A stretch of DNA of 61,983 nt from a virus. Both the position numbers and the translations under genes were made by a program. The stretch spans positions 192,001-253,983 of the IMG/VR virus record IMGVR_UViG_3300045004_000088; one strand, written 5' to 3'. Positions 7,784-16,741 of this stretch are shown one piece after another (the first letter of the stretch is position 1; each line of letters begins with the position of its first letter). The notes below the pieces were generated by a model. The model made no database searches. It saw only the letters and a list, made by a program, of their open reading frames with translations, and was not told the origin of the DNA.

Positions 7784-8399
7784 ATGCTCAGGGGAACACG
7801 CATCATGACCGGCGGCGAGGCCGCACGGTTCGTCGCAACCACCGACACCATTCGGGGGTATCTTCATAGCTAAGGGCTACGAAGAGATCATCGTCCCGTC
7901 AATCTGGGAACAAGAAACCTTCGTCGGAAAAGCTGGCCCGGAGATCCTCGGCCAGATGTGGACATTTCAAGACAAGGGCGAACGCAACGTGTGCCTGATT
8001 CCCGAAGTCACCGGGATCATTCAGGAACTCTACAACACCGAGTGGAAAGCCCGCCCGAAGCCCATCCGCCTCTTCTACGTCAGCCGCTGCTACAGGTACG
8101 ACCGGCCGCAAAAAGGCCGCTACCGCGAGTTCACGCAGATCGGCGTGGAGTGCCTCGGCGGAAAAGATGATCGTCAGGAGGTGATAGACCTCTTGACAGG
8201 GTGTCTCGCCCAGTTCAAACTGAACTATCGACTGGTGCCTGCGGTGAAGCGGGGACTGGCCTACTACCTAGAAGACGGTTTCGAGGTGGAGTGCGACCAA
8301 CTGGGCGCACAGAAACAGGTGGCCGGCGGCGGCAGGTACAAAGAAGGGATCGGTTGGGCCATCGGCCTCGACCGACTCATACTCGCGATGGAGGGCTAG
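7784..8399 (+). CDS. truncated histidyl-tRNA synthetase-like class II core (about 205 aa), interrupted by a +1 frameshift in a G5 run near 7855-7861
   Basis: N-terminus RGTRIMTGGEAARF...TIRG in one frame, continuing as IFIAKGYEEIIVP...MWTFQDKGER...RYDRPQKGRYREFTQ (HisRS motif 2) ...GGGRYKEGIGWAIGLDRL (motif 3) in the +1 frame. No insertion or anticodon-binding domains. The downstream ORF is 7956..8399. Confidence 0.55.
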
Positions 8400-8529
8400 G
8401 ACGGTCCTAGCTCTAAAAAATCTGCAATGTCTTTGTTACGACATTGGCATTAAGCAGGAGGGGCAGTGATGAAAATTCACATGCAAGCTCCGCATTAGGT
8501 TGCCATTCGGCAGCCGAAACGGAGGCTTT

Positions 8530-8745
8530 ATGTGTCTGCGCAACATGCGGACCACCCAAGAACGGCGGGCCAACCAGTGCGGCCCGTGGATCAACAAGGA
8601 TCACGGCGTAGTGGTCCCCATCAAGATCCGCCCCGGTCGGGTGAAACTCATCAACGCATGGGACGACATCGTTCGTGGTGACTACGGTCACCGTAGCTGG
8701 AAGCGGCACCGCCGGACCCAGTACCATCGTGTGAAAGAAATGTAG
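8530..8745 (+). CDS. hypothetical basic protein (71 aa)
   Basis: Internal ATG with GGAGG RBS. Confidence 0.35.
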   Translation: MCLRNMRTTQERRANQCGPWINKDHGVVVPIKIRPGRVKLINAWDDIVRGDYGHRSWKRHRRTQYHRVKEM

Positions 8746-8749
8746 AAAA

Positions 8750-8772
8750 GGGGGCTTCGGCCCCCTTTATTT
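8750..8772 (+). terminator. rho-independent terminator GGGGGC-TTCG-GCCCCC followed by TTTATTT
   Basis: Perfect 6-bp GC stem, UUCG loop, T-tract. Confidence 0.7.
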
Positions 8773-8808
8773 CGTGTAGAATGGATTCGTCTTTACGAGA
8801 GGTGCGTC

Positions 8809-9213
8809 ATGAAAGCAGTGGAATGGGCCGACAAGTTCAAGGCGGCGACGACCGAAGACGAGGTCAAGCTCGTTCTGGACGAGTACGGTCGCGAAACTGC
8901 CGAACTCGCCGCCGCGAGGTCCAAGACATCGTCGGATGTCGGGCGGTTCGGTACGATGGACGGAGCCATCAACGAGCAGCGGAACAAGTTCAAAGCCGTG
9001 ATCGGCCGCGTCCCGACACTGAACCTTGCCCAGTTCGAGGCGTTGCTGGACGTTCACGTCAAGGAATACTTCACGGCTAAGGCTGTGTACGAGAAGGCCA
9101 AAGCCGCGAAGGAGAAGGCGGCTCAAGACCCGAAGGGTCACAACAACCACGACGGCCGCAAGTTCAATCGCGGCGGGCGTGGCCCGCAAACGAATCAGCC
9201 CAAAAAGAACTGA
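8809..9213 (+). CDS. hypothetical protein (134 aa)
   Basis: RBS GAGAGG before the ATG. Confidence 0.5.
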   Translation: MKAVEWADKFKAATTEDEVKLVLDEYGRETAELAAARSKTSSDVGRFGTMDGAINEQRNKFKAVIGRVPTLNLAQFEALLDVHVKEYFTAKAVYEKAKAAKEKAAQDPKGHNNHDGRKFNRGGRGPQTNQPKKN

Positions 9214-9596
9214 CTTGACGGGTAGAGACTACGAAAAGACTCCGCAACGATCACATTATGATCTCTGCGGAGTCTTGGCACTTCATTGATCTTGTACCAC
9301 CTGAGACTGCCGATGTCGTCGTTCGGCCAGAACCGAACGTCGGGTTCCACTTCGACGTAAAAGCGGTGGACGATCCGCTTGCTGTCTTGTGACCGGCCGA
9401 GTTTGGTGAGGGATTTGGCGCGAATGCCAGTCTCCTCTTTGAGTTCTCGGACGGCGGCTTCGTGCGGCGTTTCGCCTTTGTCCAATTTGCCGCCCGGCAA
9501 CACCAACTTGGTTTTGTCGTCACGGCGGGTGCCGATCAGAACCTCGACGGCTCCGTTGTGGCGACGGAAAACTGCTACGACTGAGGATTCAAGCAT
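9195..9596 (-). CDS. NUDIX hydrolase
   Basis: Nudix box GGKLDKGETPHEAAVRELKEETG. Confidence 0.7.
   Translation of the reverse strand: MLESSVVAVFRRHNGAVEVLIGTRRDDKTKLVLPGGKLDKGETPHEAAVRELKEETGIRAKSLTKLGRSQDSKRIVHRFYVEVEPDVRFWPNDDIGSLRWYKINEVPRLRRDHNVIVAESFRSLYPSSQFFLG
9238..9274. other. hairpin GACTCCGCA-N19-TGCGGAGTC with nested GATCA...TGATC palindrome, between convergent genes
   Basis: 9-bp inverted repeat; possible bidirectional terminator or processing site. Confidence 0.35.
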
Positions 9597-9660
9597 GGCG
9601 GTATATAATGAGTTCGAGTTAAACTAAAAGGAGACTTCAAATGAGAAACTGATTCAAGAC

Positions 9661-10158
9661 TTGCGTTCGCGATTCGACAAGTGTTTCGAGTTCTACCGCT
9701 CGCAAGTCAACTGCGTCCACGGGTCCACGACCAACGCCGGGTTCATCGACACGATCCGCGTCCCCTACAACGGCGAAAACGTTCCGATCCGAGACATGGG
9801 TTGGACCTCGCCAAAAGACAGTGTAGTCGTCGTCAGGCTCCACGATCCAGCCGCGATCCCCGCCGCGTTACAATCGATCAAGACGGCCGGTTTGACCGCC
9901 TACTCGACCAAGACCGATGTGGTCGTCACGATACCCAGACCGTCGCTCGATACAATCGAGAAGAACAAAAAGCGGTGTCGCGAACTGGCCGAAGACGGCA
10001 AGGTCGCCATGCGTAAGGTGCGACAAGAGTTCAGGGATCTTTCCAAGAAGCTGCCGGACGACGAACGCAAAGCCGTCGAAAAGCAAATTCAACAATCTCT
10101 GGACGAGGGAATAGCCAGGATCGACACCGACTGTGAAGCCAAGATCAAAACGTTCTGA
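9661..10158 (+). CDS. frr: ribosome recycling factor (RRF) homologue
   Basis: Aligns along its length with bacterial RRF: RFDKCFEFYRSQ..., VTIPRPSLDTIEKNKKRCRELAEDGKVAMRKVRQEFRD, ...DDERKAVEKQIQQ. The listed start is TTG. An ATG at 9641 with an ideal AAGGAGA spacing is one frame off. Confidence 0.7.
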   Translation: MRSRFDKCFEFYRSQVNCVHGSTTNAGFIDTIRVPYNGENVPIRDMGWTSPKDSVVVVRLHDPAAIPAALQSIKTAGLTAYSTKTDVVVTIPRPSLDTIEKNKKRCRELAEDGKVAMRKVRQEFRDLSKKLPDDERKAVEKQIQQSLDEGIARIDTDCEAKIKTF

Positions 10159-10163
10159 GGTGC

Positions 10164-10385
10164 GTGATGTCTATACCGGGCAACTCTTTCATCGGCGTGG
10201 TCCTGCTGTGGCTTGTCCACGGCGGGAGCCTCGTTCACAGCTATCGCGTTGGCACCGACATCCCTCACTGGGTTTTGGTTTCGGGCGACGGAACGGTAAG
10301 ACACTTCGCGCCGACACAGGACTTGTTCGACCCTCCACTCAGTCACGTCTTATACCTCGGCCGCTTCGAGGCGGTCGAAAACTAA
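10164..10385 (+). CDS. hypothetical protein with hydrophobic N-terminus (73 aa)
   Basis: ORF followed by a terminator. Confidence 0.4.
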   Translation: MMSIPGNSFIGVVLLWLVHGGSLVHSYRVGTDIPHWVLVSGDGTVRHFAPTQDLFDPPLSHVLYLGRFEAVEN

Positions 10386-10410
10386 CCCCGGCCATTCGGC
10401 GGGGTTTTTT
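10386..10410 (+). terminator. rho-independent terminator CCCCGGCC-ATTC-GGCGGGG followed by TTTTTT
   Basis: GC hairpin plus T6. A second hairpin CCCCGGAA-GATT-TTCCGGGG follows at 10417-10436. Confidence 0.7.
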
Positions 10411-10510
10411 CTTGTACCCCGGAAGATTTTCCGGGGGTGGCTATATACATGGAGCTTCTTTATGAAGGCCGAGAAGTCATCTCAGGCAAGACAAAACCGC
10501 GAGGAGCATT

Positions 10511-11116
10511 ATGAACGATTTCGGCCGAAACGACTTTACCAACACGCTCAGGGTGTTGTTGGAAGGTAAGCCAGCAGATAGCAAACCGGAAATTGCCGAT
10601 TTCCAGGGTACGGCAGCGACCCAAGACGCAGGCGACAAGAAAAGTCAGCAAAAGACCGAGAAGCAAATCAGCGGATTGCTCGTTGACTTCGAGAACAAAT
10701 GGAACGAAGCGAAAGAGAACATTCGCACCGCACTCGCCAACTGCAAGAAGGCAGTAGAAGCCCACCAAGCGAACACCGCCGGCGCAAGCATCAACAACAA
10801 GGCGACGACCGACGCCGCAGCTAAGGCAGCGGTCATGGGCAACTTGGACGACAAGCGTGCGGGGCGGCTCGCGACCGCGACTCCGGGCAGCCAGATGGAA
10901 CCGGGGCAGAGCAGGACTGATAGCGGCATTTTGAAGCAAGCTACGTTCGGCGACGAACTGGCCGGTCTTCCTGCAACCACAAAGATCTCGAAGGCTGCTG
11001 GATCGGTTAAGCAAGCCGGCGACGACTTCAAGGCTCTGGGCGGCAAGGGCGGGGTGTCCCCGACCACGGCGCGTGCCGGGTTGTCAAAGAAATTCCCCAA
11101 GCCGAAGAAGAAGTGA
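10511..11116 (+). CDS. hypothetical Ala/Lys-rich low-complexity protein (201 aa)
   Basis: RBS GAGGAG before the ATG. Confidence 0.5.
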   Translation: MNDFGRNDFTNTLRVLLEGKPADSKPEIADFQGTAATQDAGDKKSQQKTEKQISGLLVDFENKWNEAKENIRTALANCKKAVEAHQANTAGASINNKATTDAAAKAAVMGNLDDKRAGRLATATPGSQMEPGQSRTDSGILKQATFGDELAGLPATTKISKAAGSVKQAGDDFKALGGKGGVSPTTARAGLSKKFPKPKKK

Positions 11117-11124
11117 GGAGCGAA

Positions 11125-11835
11125 ATGACAGACTTTTCCAAGATTCTCGAAGAGATCGTTTCACTCGAACAACAGGTTTTGAACGAAGGCCGACCGCGTG
11201 CGACACCACCGTTCGACCCGACTGCGGGCGTGGAAAACGGTTCCACCGAAGCGAGCCGTTCGTCGGCTTCTCTTGTCATCAAGGAATTGAAAAACTTGAG
11301 GAAGTCCATCGAGAAGTACCTGAAGGAAGTGGACGAAAAACTGATGCCGATTCTCGAAACGGCAAAGACGAACCTCGGCGCGATCCACAAGCAGTTCGCC
11401 GGTTTGATGCACCTGACGGACGAGCAGAAGCAACACATCGAAGCGATCACGAAGATGGCGAACCGCCGCATCGATTCGCTGAAGGAAACTGTTGCCGAAC
11501 TGACGAAGAAGTCGGCCGGAAGCGAAGAGAAGGAAGCTGAAGTCGCACGTCTCACGGCCAGAGTCACAAAGCTCGAAGGGGATTTGTCGGCGAAGGAAGC
11601 CGAGATGGAGACTCAGCGTGTCGGGTACGAAGAGGCTCTCGACTACTACGAGAGCATCATGATCAAGATGAAGAAAGCCCAGATGGAAGCCGAACGTCAC
11701 CTCAGAAACATGGAGGTCGAGCTTGGCATGGAGTCCACCGCCAAGAAGGGCAAGGTTCTTTCGGAATCGACCCGGCCGACGCTCAGGGACTACTTCGAGA
11801 AAAAGAAGAAGACCAAAGACGAATACGACTGGTGA
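11125..11835 (+). CDS. coiled-coil protein (236 aa)
   Basis: Internal ATG after the GAGGAG RBS; the listed first ATG lies within the RBS. Confidence 0.5.
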   Translation: MTDFSKILEEIVSLEQQVLNEGRPRATPPFDPTAGVENGSTEASRSSASLVIKELKNLRKSIEKYLKEVDEKLMPILETAKTNLGAIHKQFAGLMHLTDEQKQHIEAITKMANRRIDSLKETVAELTKKSAGSEEKEAEVARLTARVTKLEGDLSAKEAEMETQRVGYEEALDYYESIMIKMKKAQMEAERHLRNMEVELGMESTAKKGKVLSESTRPTLRDYFEKKKKTKDEYDW

Positions 11836-11841
11836 TCGAAA

Positions 11842-11867
11842 GGCCCGCTTATTTGCGGGCCTTTCTT
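11842..11867 (+). terminator. rho-independent terminator GGCCCGC-TTATTT-GCGGGCC followed by TTTCTT
   Basis: 7-bp GC stem and T-rich tail. Confidence 0.7.
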
Positions 11868-11881
11868 GCATAGATACCTAC

Positions 11882-12286
11882 ATGAAAAGCTGGAAAGAGT
11901 GGCAGGACGAGAAACCCGCTCAAGCCGCTCCCCCGACCAAGAAGTGGAAAGCCACCAAAGCCCAGATCATGGGCTTCTGGCAACGCACGCGCCCCGACGC
12001 GCCAATCACCATGACGCCGATCCCTTACGACCACAAGGGATCGACATACGAGAAGGACGGCATCCGCGTCACCGGGAGCAAAGAGTTCATAACTTCGACC
12101 ATCGCGCGGTTGAAGGAATTCTTGGCTTACGAGAACCCGGAGACGAAGTTGATGTTGGTTTACCGAGAAACCCAACCGGCCGTGAACCCCGGCGACCACG
12201 CGACGTATGTCTTCTATTTGCAAGCAAAACAAAGGGGAAAGAAGTCTAAAGCCCCTTCTTCCGACACGTCTTCTCCCGCGACCTGA
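11882..12286 (+). CDS. hypothetical protein (134 aa)
   Basis: Internal ATG after the terminator; the listed longer ORF overlaps the upstream gene. Confidence 0.45.
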   Translation: MKSWKEWQDEKPAQAAPPTKKWKATKAQIMGFWQRTRPDAPITMTPIPYDHKGSTYEKDGIRVTGSKEFITSTIARLKEFLAYENPETKLMLVYRETQPAVNPGDHATYVFYLQAKQRGKKSKAPSSDTSSPAT

Positions 12287-12324
12287 ATCAAACTGAAGAA
12301 AAAGGTATTTGACTTCTAGTTTTC

Positions 12325-12333
12325 TGCTACAAT
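12325..12333 (+). promoter_or_regulatory. extended -10 element TGCTACAAT upstream of csrA (TTGACT 13 nt upstream)
   Basis: TGnTAcaAT match; the -35 spacing is short. Confidence 0.3.
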
Positions 12334-12410
12334 CAAATTGAGGGCCATGCCCGGTACAAGCGTTAGCCGGCGATTCGGCTGGCTAGGCAGAAAGCCAACT
12401 GGAGGATACC

Positions 12411-12593
12411 ATGCTCGTACTGAGTCGCAAGAAGGGTGAAAAGATCATCATCAACGAGAACATCGTGATTGAGGTGATCGAAATCAAGAACAAACAGATC
12501 CGTCTCGGATTTGAAGCCAACAAAGACATCCCCATCCGCCGGGCCGAAGTTCCCGCCCGCGAAGTCCCGCAGCAGCCGGCAGCTACCAAATGA
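12411..12593 (+). CDS. csrA: carbon storage regulator CsrA homologue (60 aa)
   Basis: MLVLSRKKGEKIIINENIVIEVIEIKNKQIRLGFEANKDIPIRRAEV matches the CsrA fold signature. Strong RBS GGAGGA. Confidence 0.85.
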   Translation: MLVLSRKKGEKIIINENIVIEVIEIKNKQIRLGFEANKDIPIRRAEVPAREVPQQPAATK

Positions 12594-12602
12594 GCTTACA
12601 CG

Positions 12603-12628
12603 GGGCGGTCAACAAAATGACCGCCCCG
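12603..12628 (+). other. hairpin GGGGCGGTCA-ACAAAA-TGACCGCCCC after csrA (terminator-like, no T-tract)
   Basis: 10-bp perfect stem. Confidence 0.4.
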
Positions 12629-12708
12629 CCGGAAATCTCACCCTGATCCAACGGTTTTTGACTATACTGTCGGACGCCGTTGGCAGGTTCGTCTATTGGG
12701 AAGAAGCA

Positions 12709-13140
12709 ATGAAAGGCTTGAAGATGAAGGAAATCGTTCCAGGGTTGTTTCAGGGCAACCACCCGCGTGTCCTGCCCCCGAACGGCATCGACGCCATTCT
12801 CAACGTCGATTTCACTGACGCCAAGTACGAAACCAAGAAACTCCTCGGTTACACCCACAAGCCCATCCTCGACGGCCGCGATCCGGGCGAGGGCTGGCTC
12901 CGAGATGCCGTTGACACCATTCAACGCTACATCAACAATGGGTGGACGACCTACATCCACTGTCAGGCGGGGATTTCTCGCAGCGTGTTCGTCACGGCCG
13001 CGTACCTCGTCCGCGAACACGGGATGACACCGAAGGACGCCGTCAGTCTGATCAACTCGAAGACCAAGATCGCCGACCCCGCGCCGGCCTACCTTCTGGC
13101 TCTGGAAAAGCTGTACAAGCAGAACCAACCCACCGAGTAA
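12709..13140 (+). CDS. dual-specificity / tyrosine protein phosphatase
   Basis: CX5R P-loop HCQAGISRS; the upstream part of the listed ORF overlaps csrA. Confidence 0.7.
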   Translation: MKGLKMKEIVPGLFQGNHPRVLPPNGIDAILNVDFTDAKYETKKLLGYTHKPILDGRDPGEGWLRDAVDTIQRYINNGWTTYIHCQAGISRSVFVTAAYLVREHGMTPKDAVSLINSKTKIADPAPAYLLALEKLYKQNQPTE

Positions 13141-13148
13141 GGTGACCC

Positions 13149-13571
13149 ATGCTACAAGACGTAGAACAAATCCTCGACTTCTGGGAATCGCAGGGAATCC
13201 TCAAGGACAACCCCGACCGCATCAAGATCGCTTGGATGGTCGAGTCGCAGCGGCGTGTCAACAAGTGGATCATCGACACCGCCCGAAAGCAAAACCGCCA
13301 GCACTACATGGACCGGACGGTCATTCACACGCTCCTGTCCGCGATCATGTACATCGGCGAACATCACCCGGCCGTATTCGCGAACACGCTCGACTTCCGA
13401 GACTGCTCCGACGTGTACTGTCTGGGTCCGTGGCCGCGCGGCGACTGGGACGACCGGCGAAAGAAGATCGCCATGCGGGTATCAACCCTCGGCGCGTCAC
13501 TCAACAGGCCGTTGATCTTCGGCGGGTTCACGTTGAAGGATGGTCGGATTTACCTGCTTGCAGCAGGCTGA
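13149..13571 (+). CDS. hypothetical protein (140 aa)
   Basis: ORF in the array. Confidence 0.5.
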   Translation: MLQDVEQILDFWESQGILKDNPDRIKIAWMVESQRRVNKWIIDTARKQNRQHYMDRTVIHTLLSAIMYIGEHHPAVFANTLDFRDCSDVYCLGPWPRGDWDDRRKKIAMRVSTLGASLNRPLIFGGFTLKDGRIYLLAAG

Positions 13572-13854
13572 CTTTCCTGAGAAGGGTCGAAAACATTTGA
13601 CGCCGCCGCGACGGATCGGGTTCCGACACGGCGGCGTCCGCGTCTTCCTCCAGTTGATTCAACTTGACCACCACTTCGCGAACGAAACCCCGCTCGTCCG
13701 GGTCGTCGGCCTTTTCGAGAGCCGCCGAAACGCTCTGTTTGAAACGTGTGACGTGGGGTAAAATGTCCAGACCGGCAGAATTGTTGCTGCCAAGAGCAAC
13801 TAACACTCGACCAATGTAGCGTTCGGCCGTAGATAGATCGTCGGCGATGTCCAT
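13528..13854 (-). CDS. hypothetical acidic helical protein (about 108 aa)
   Basis: Minus ORF filling an otherwise empty 314-nt gap; the protein-like portion starts at MDIADDL. Confidence 0.3.
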   Translation of the reverse strand: MDIADDLSTAERYIGRVLVALGSNNSAGLDILPHVTRFKQSVSAALEKADDPDERGFVREVVVKLNQLEEDADAAVSEPDPSRRRQMFSTLLRKVSLLQAGKSDHPST

Positions 13855-13885
13855 CCAGCGGGTGAATTCGATCATGAAGGTATCT

Positions 13886-14701
13886 ATGAAGATCGTCCTA
13901 AAGACGCCTGAACAGATCGAGGGCATTCGGCGAAGTTCACAGGCGGCGATCCGAGTCCTGAAACGGGTCAAAAACTACCTGCTGCCGGGAATGAAGACAA
14001 TCGAGATCAACAACATCATCGACGCCTTCATTCGCAAAGAGAAATGCACCCCCGCCACCCTCGGCTACAGAGGGTTCCCCGCTTCGTGTTGCATCAGCGT
14101 CAACAACGGAATCTGCCACGGAGTACCCAACCAAAAGGTACTCGCGCTCGGCGACGTGGTCAAGATTGACGTGACCACGATCCTCGACGGCTACTACGGC
14201 GACACCTGCTACACATGGATCATCGGCCCGCCCTCTCCAGAAGCCTCCAGAATCGTTTTTGCGGCCAAGAAGTGTTTGTGGGCAGGAATCCACGCCGTGA
14301 AGCCCGGATTGCCTCTGGGAGCGATTTCTAGGGCCGTGAGAGGCACCGCTGACAGCTTGGGCTGCTCGGTAGTCCATCAGTTCTGCGGTCACGGTGTCGG
14401 GTTGGAGTTCCACGAAGACCCGATGGTCCCTTACGATTCGACAGAAGGTCCGAAGTGGCCGATAATTAGGCCGGGGATGACCTTCACGATTGAGCCGATG
14501 ATCAACCTCGGCCGGGCCGAAGCGATAATTGACGGCTCAGACGGCTGGTCATCTTACACCGTAGATGGTAAACTGTCGGCCCAATTCGAGCATACCGTTC
14601 TTGTTACAGAAACGGGCGTCGAAGTTCTCACCGATTGGGGCGACGAAACAACGATGCTGCCGAACTGGAAGATACCGGAGGAAGTATGTCCGTCACGCTA
14701 A
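13886..14701 (+). CDS. map: methionine aminopeptidase type I
   Basis: Motifs CHGVPN, D...YYGD and HGVGLEFHEDP (metal ligands). Internal ATG with AAGG RBS gives the canonical N-terminus MKIVLKTPEQIEGIRRS. Confidence 0.9.
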   Translation: MKIVLKTPEQIEGIRRSSQAAIRVLKRVKNYLLPGMKTIEINNIIDAFIRKEKCTPATLGYRGFPASCCISVNNGICHGVPNQKVLALGDVVKIDVTTILDGYYGDTCYTWIIGPPSPEASRIVFAAKKCLWAGIHAVKPGLPLGAISRAVRGTADSLGCSVVHQFCGHGVGLEFHEDPMVPYDSTEGPKWPIIRPGMTFTIEPMINLGRAEAIIDGSDGWSSYTVDGKLSAQFEHTVLVTETGVEVLTDWGDETTMLPNWKIPEEVCPSR

Positions 14702-15759
14702 CCGCCGAACAGAAAGACGTGGTCAAGAAGATCGCCAAGAACGTTAAGTCTGGACACGAGCAAGTCCAGACTTTGGGCGGTTATGCCGGCACCGGCAAAA
14801 CCACGATCACGGCGATGCTCAACCACATCTTCCCGAACTTCGCCACCTGTGCCTTCACCGGCAAGGCAGCGAGCGTCATGCGCAACAAGGGCATGCTCAA
14901 CTCGCAGACGATCCACCGTACCATCTACTACCCCGTTCGCGGGGAAGACAACAAGATGGAGTTCTGGCCCAAGACCATCGGCATGCTCGGCGGCATCGAC
15001 GGTTTCCTTGTGGATGAAGCGTCGATGGTTGCGAAGGAAGAGTACACCAATCTGCTCTCCTACGGGCTGCCCATCGTCTTCATCGGCGACCACGGGCAGC
15101 TTGAGCCGGTCGGGTCGGACATCAACGTGATGAAAGACCCGATGTACAAGCTGGAAACGATTCACCGCAACGCTGGCGAGATCGCGTGGTTCGCGGACCA
15201 CATCCGCAAGGGCGGCGACCCGTGGGACTTCGAGTCCAAAGAAAAGGTTCAGATCGCGCACGCATCTGAGGCCACCGACGACATCATCCTCGGCACCGAC
15301 CAGATCCTCTGCGCCTTCAACAACACCCGCAAGGGCGTCAACAACAACGTCCGGCGGCTCCAGAAACGCGGGCCGACCGTCGAAAAGGGCGACCGCGTCA
15401 TCTGCCTCCGCAACAACAAGGTTGACGGGGTCTTCAACGGCATGCAAGGAACGGTATACGAAGTGAGTCTCAAGAAGAAGAAGATCACCATCGACATGGA
15501 CGACGGCGAGCGGAAGAACGACCTCCCGTTCTGGCCTCAGCAGTTCGATTCAGAAACCACGCTGGCGGATGTTGATTACCAGATCAACCTGTTCGACTTC
15601 GGCTACTGCATCACTGCGCACAAGTCGCAGGGCAGTGAGTGGGATAACATGGTGGTGTACGAACAGATCTGCAAGAAGTGGGATCACACGCGGTGGGCGT
15701 ACACTGCGGCCAGCCGCGCCAAAGGCAACCTCATTTGGCTGTGTCAGAAGAAGAGGTGA
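14686..15759 (+). CDS. Dda/RecD-like SF1 DNA helicase
   Basis: Motifs GYAGTGKTT, DEASM, GDHGQLEPV, ITAHKSQGSEWD and YTAASRAK. Confidence 0.85.
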   Translation: MSVTLTAEQKDVVKKIAKNVKSGHEQVQTLGGYAGTGKTTITAMLNHIFPNFATCAFTGKAASVMRNKGMLNSQTIHRTIYYPVRGEDNKMEFWPKTIGMLGGIDGFLVDEASMVAKEEYTNLLSYGLPIVFIGDHGQLEPVGSDINVMKDPMYKLETIHRNAGEIAWFADHIRKGGDPWDFESKEKVQIAHASEATDDIILGTDQILCAFNNTRKGVNNNVRRLQKRGPTVEKGDRVICLRNNKVDGVFNGMQGTVYEVSLKKKKITIDMDDGERKNDLPFWPQQFDSETTLADVDYQINLFDFGYCITAHKSQGSEWDNMVVYEQICKKWDHTRWAYTAASRAKGNLIWLCQKKR

Positions 15760-15762
15760 TCC

Positions 15763-16035
15763 GTGTGGAAGAACACCTACCGAGCGGGTGACGACTACCT
15801 GCAAGAAAACGTCAGGATGAAGAAATGGATTAACCAGTGCTTCCGTTGTCAGGATCAAGGGTACAAGCCTGAGATGCCTGACGACGAAGTTGATCCCAAG
15901 TTCAAGAACATCCGATACCGCTTTAAGTGTCTTCCGTTAAATGCGGACGGCCTTTGTGACGTTTGCGCCGAACACGATATAAATAAAGGACCAATATCGT
16001 GGGAGGACAAACTTGGAGAACGTACTGATCAGTGA
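15763..16035 (+). CDS. zinc-finger protein (90 aa)
   Basis: GTG start after GAGGTG; CFRC...CDVC. Confidence 0.4.
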   Translation: MWKNTYRAGDDYLQENVRMKKWINQCFRCQDQGYKPEMPDDEVDPKFKNIRYRFKCLPLNADGLCDVCAEHDINKGPISWEDKLGERTDQ

Positions 16036-16696
16036 CATTCACCTCGGCAGCGACGTGTGTCAGGCCGACGATCTTTGCCATTTGCTCAAATCGCTCGATC
16101 CTAAGAAAACCCGCCGGCTCATCATCGTCGGTGACATTTTCGACTCAATCGATCTCAGAAGGCTCAAGAAAAAGCACTGGAAAGTGCTGTCACACATCCG
16201 CCGACTGGCCGATCAAATAGAGGTAGTCTGGCTCGCGGGCAACCACGACGGCCCGGCCGAAATCATCTCGCACCTGCTCGACGCGACCGTCTACGAAGAG
16301 TACATCTTCGAGAGCGGCGACAAAAGGTTCCTGACGCTTCACGGCCACAAGTACGACAAGTTTATCGCGGAACGACCCATCCTGACCGCCATCGCGGACT
16401 GGTTCTACGGCCTGTTCCAGAAACTGGACAGGTCGCACTACATCGCGCGGATGGCGAAGCACAACAGCAAGCACTACCTCCGCAACCACGAAACGGTTCG
16501 AGACAACTCGTGCAAGGAAGCTTACTACGAAGGGTGCTACGGCGCGATCTGCGGCCACACCCACTACGCCGAGATCACCGACGTGACGGTCAAAGACAAA
16601 CAGATCCGCTACGGGAACACCGGCTGTTGGACCGAGAAGCCGGCAACGTACATCGTGATCGATCACGGCGAAATGAGACTCGAAACCGTGGCGTAG
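16013..16696 (+). CDS. calcineurin-like metallophosphoesterase
   Basis: Motifs ISDIHLG, GDIFD, GNHD and GHTH; TTG start with GGGAGGA RBS. Confidence 0.75.
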   Translation: MENVLISDIHLGSDVCQADDLCHLLKSLDPKKTRRLIIVGDIFDSIDLRRLKKKHWKVLSHIRRLADQIEVVWLAGNHDGPAEIISHLLDATVYEEYIFESGDKRFLTLHGHKYDKFIAERPILTAIADWFYGLFQKLDRSHYIARMAKHNSKHYLRNHETVRDNSCKEAYYEGCYGAICGHTHYAEITDVTVKDKQIRYGNTGCWTEKPATYIVIDHGEMRLETVA

Positions 16697-16741
16697 AGAA
16701 AGAAATTCTGCTAAACTGTTAAGGACGACGAGAACCGAACA

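Noticed and set aside
13540-13761. 73-aa plus-strand ORF in the gap before the MetAP gene
   Set aside because: Arg/Pro-rich composition typical of an antisense shadow. The opposite-strand ORF (13528..13854) looks more protein-like, but neither is confident.
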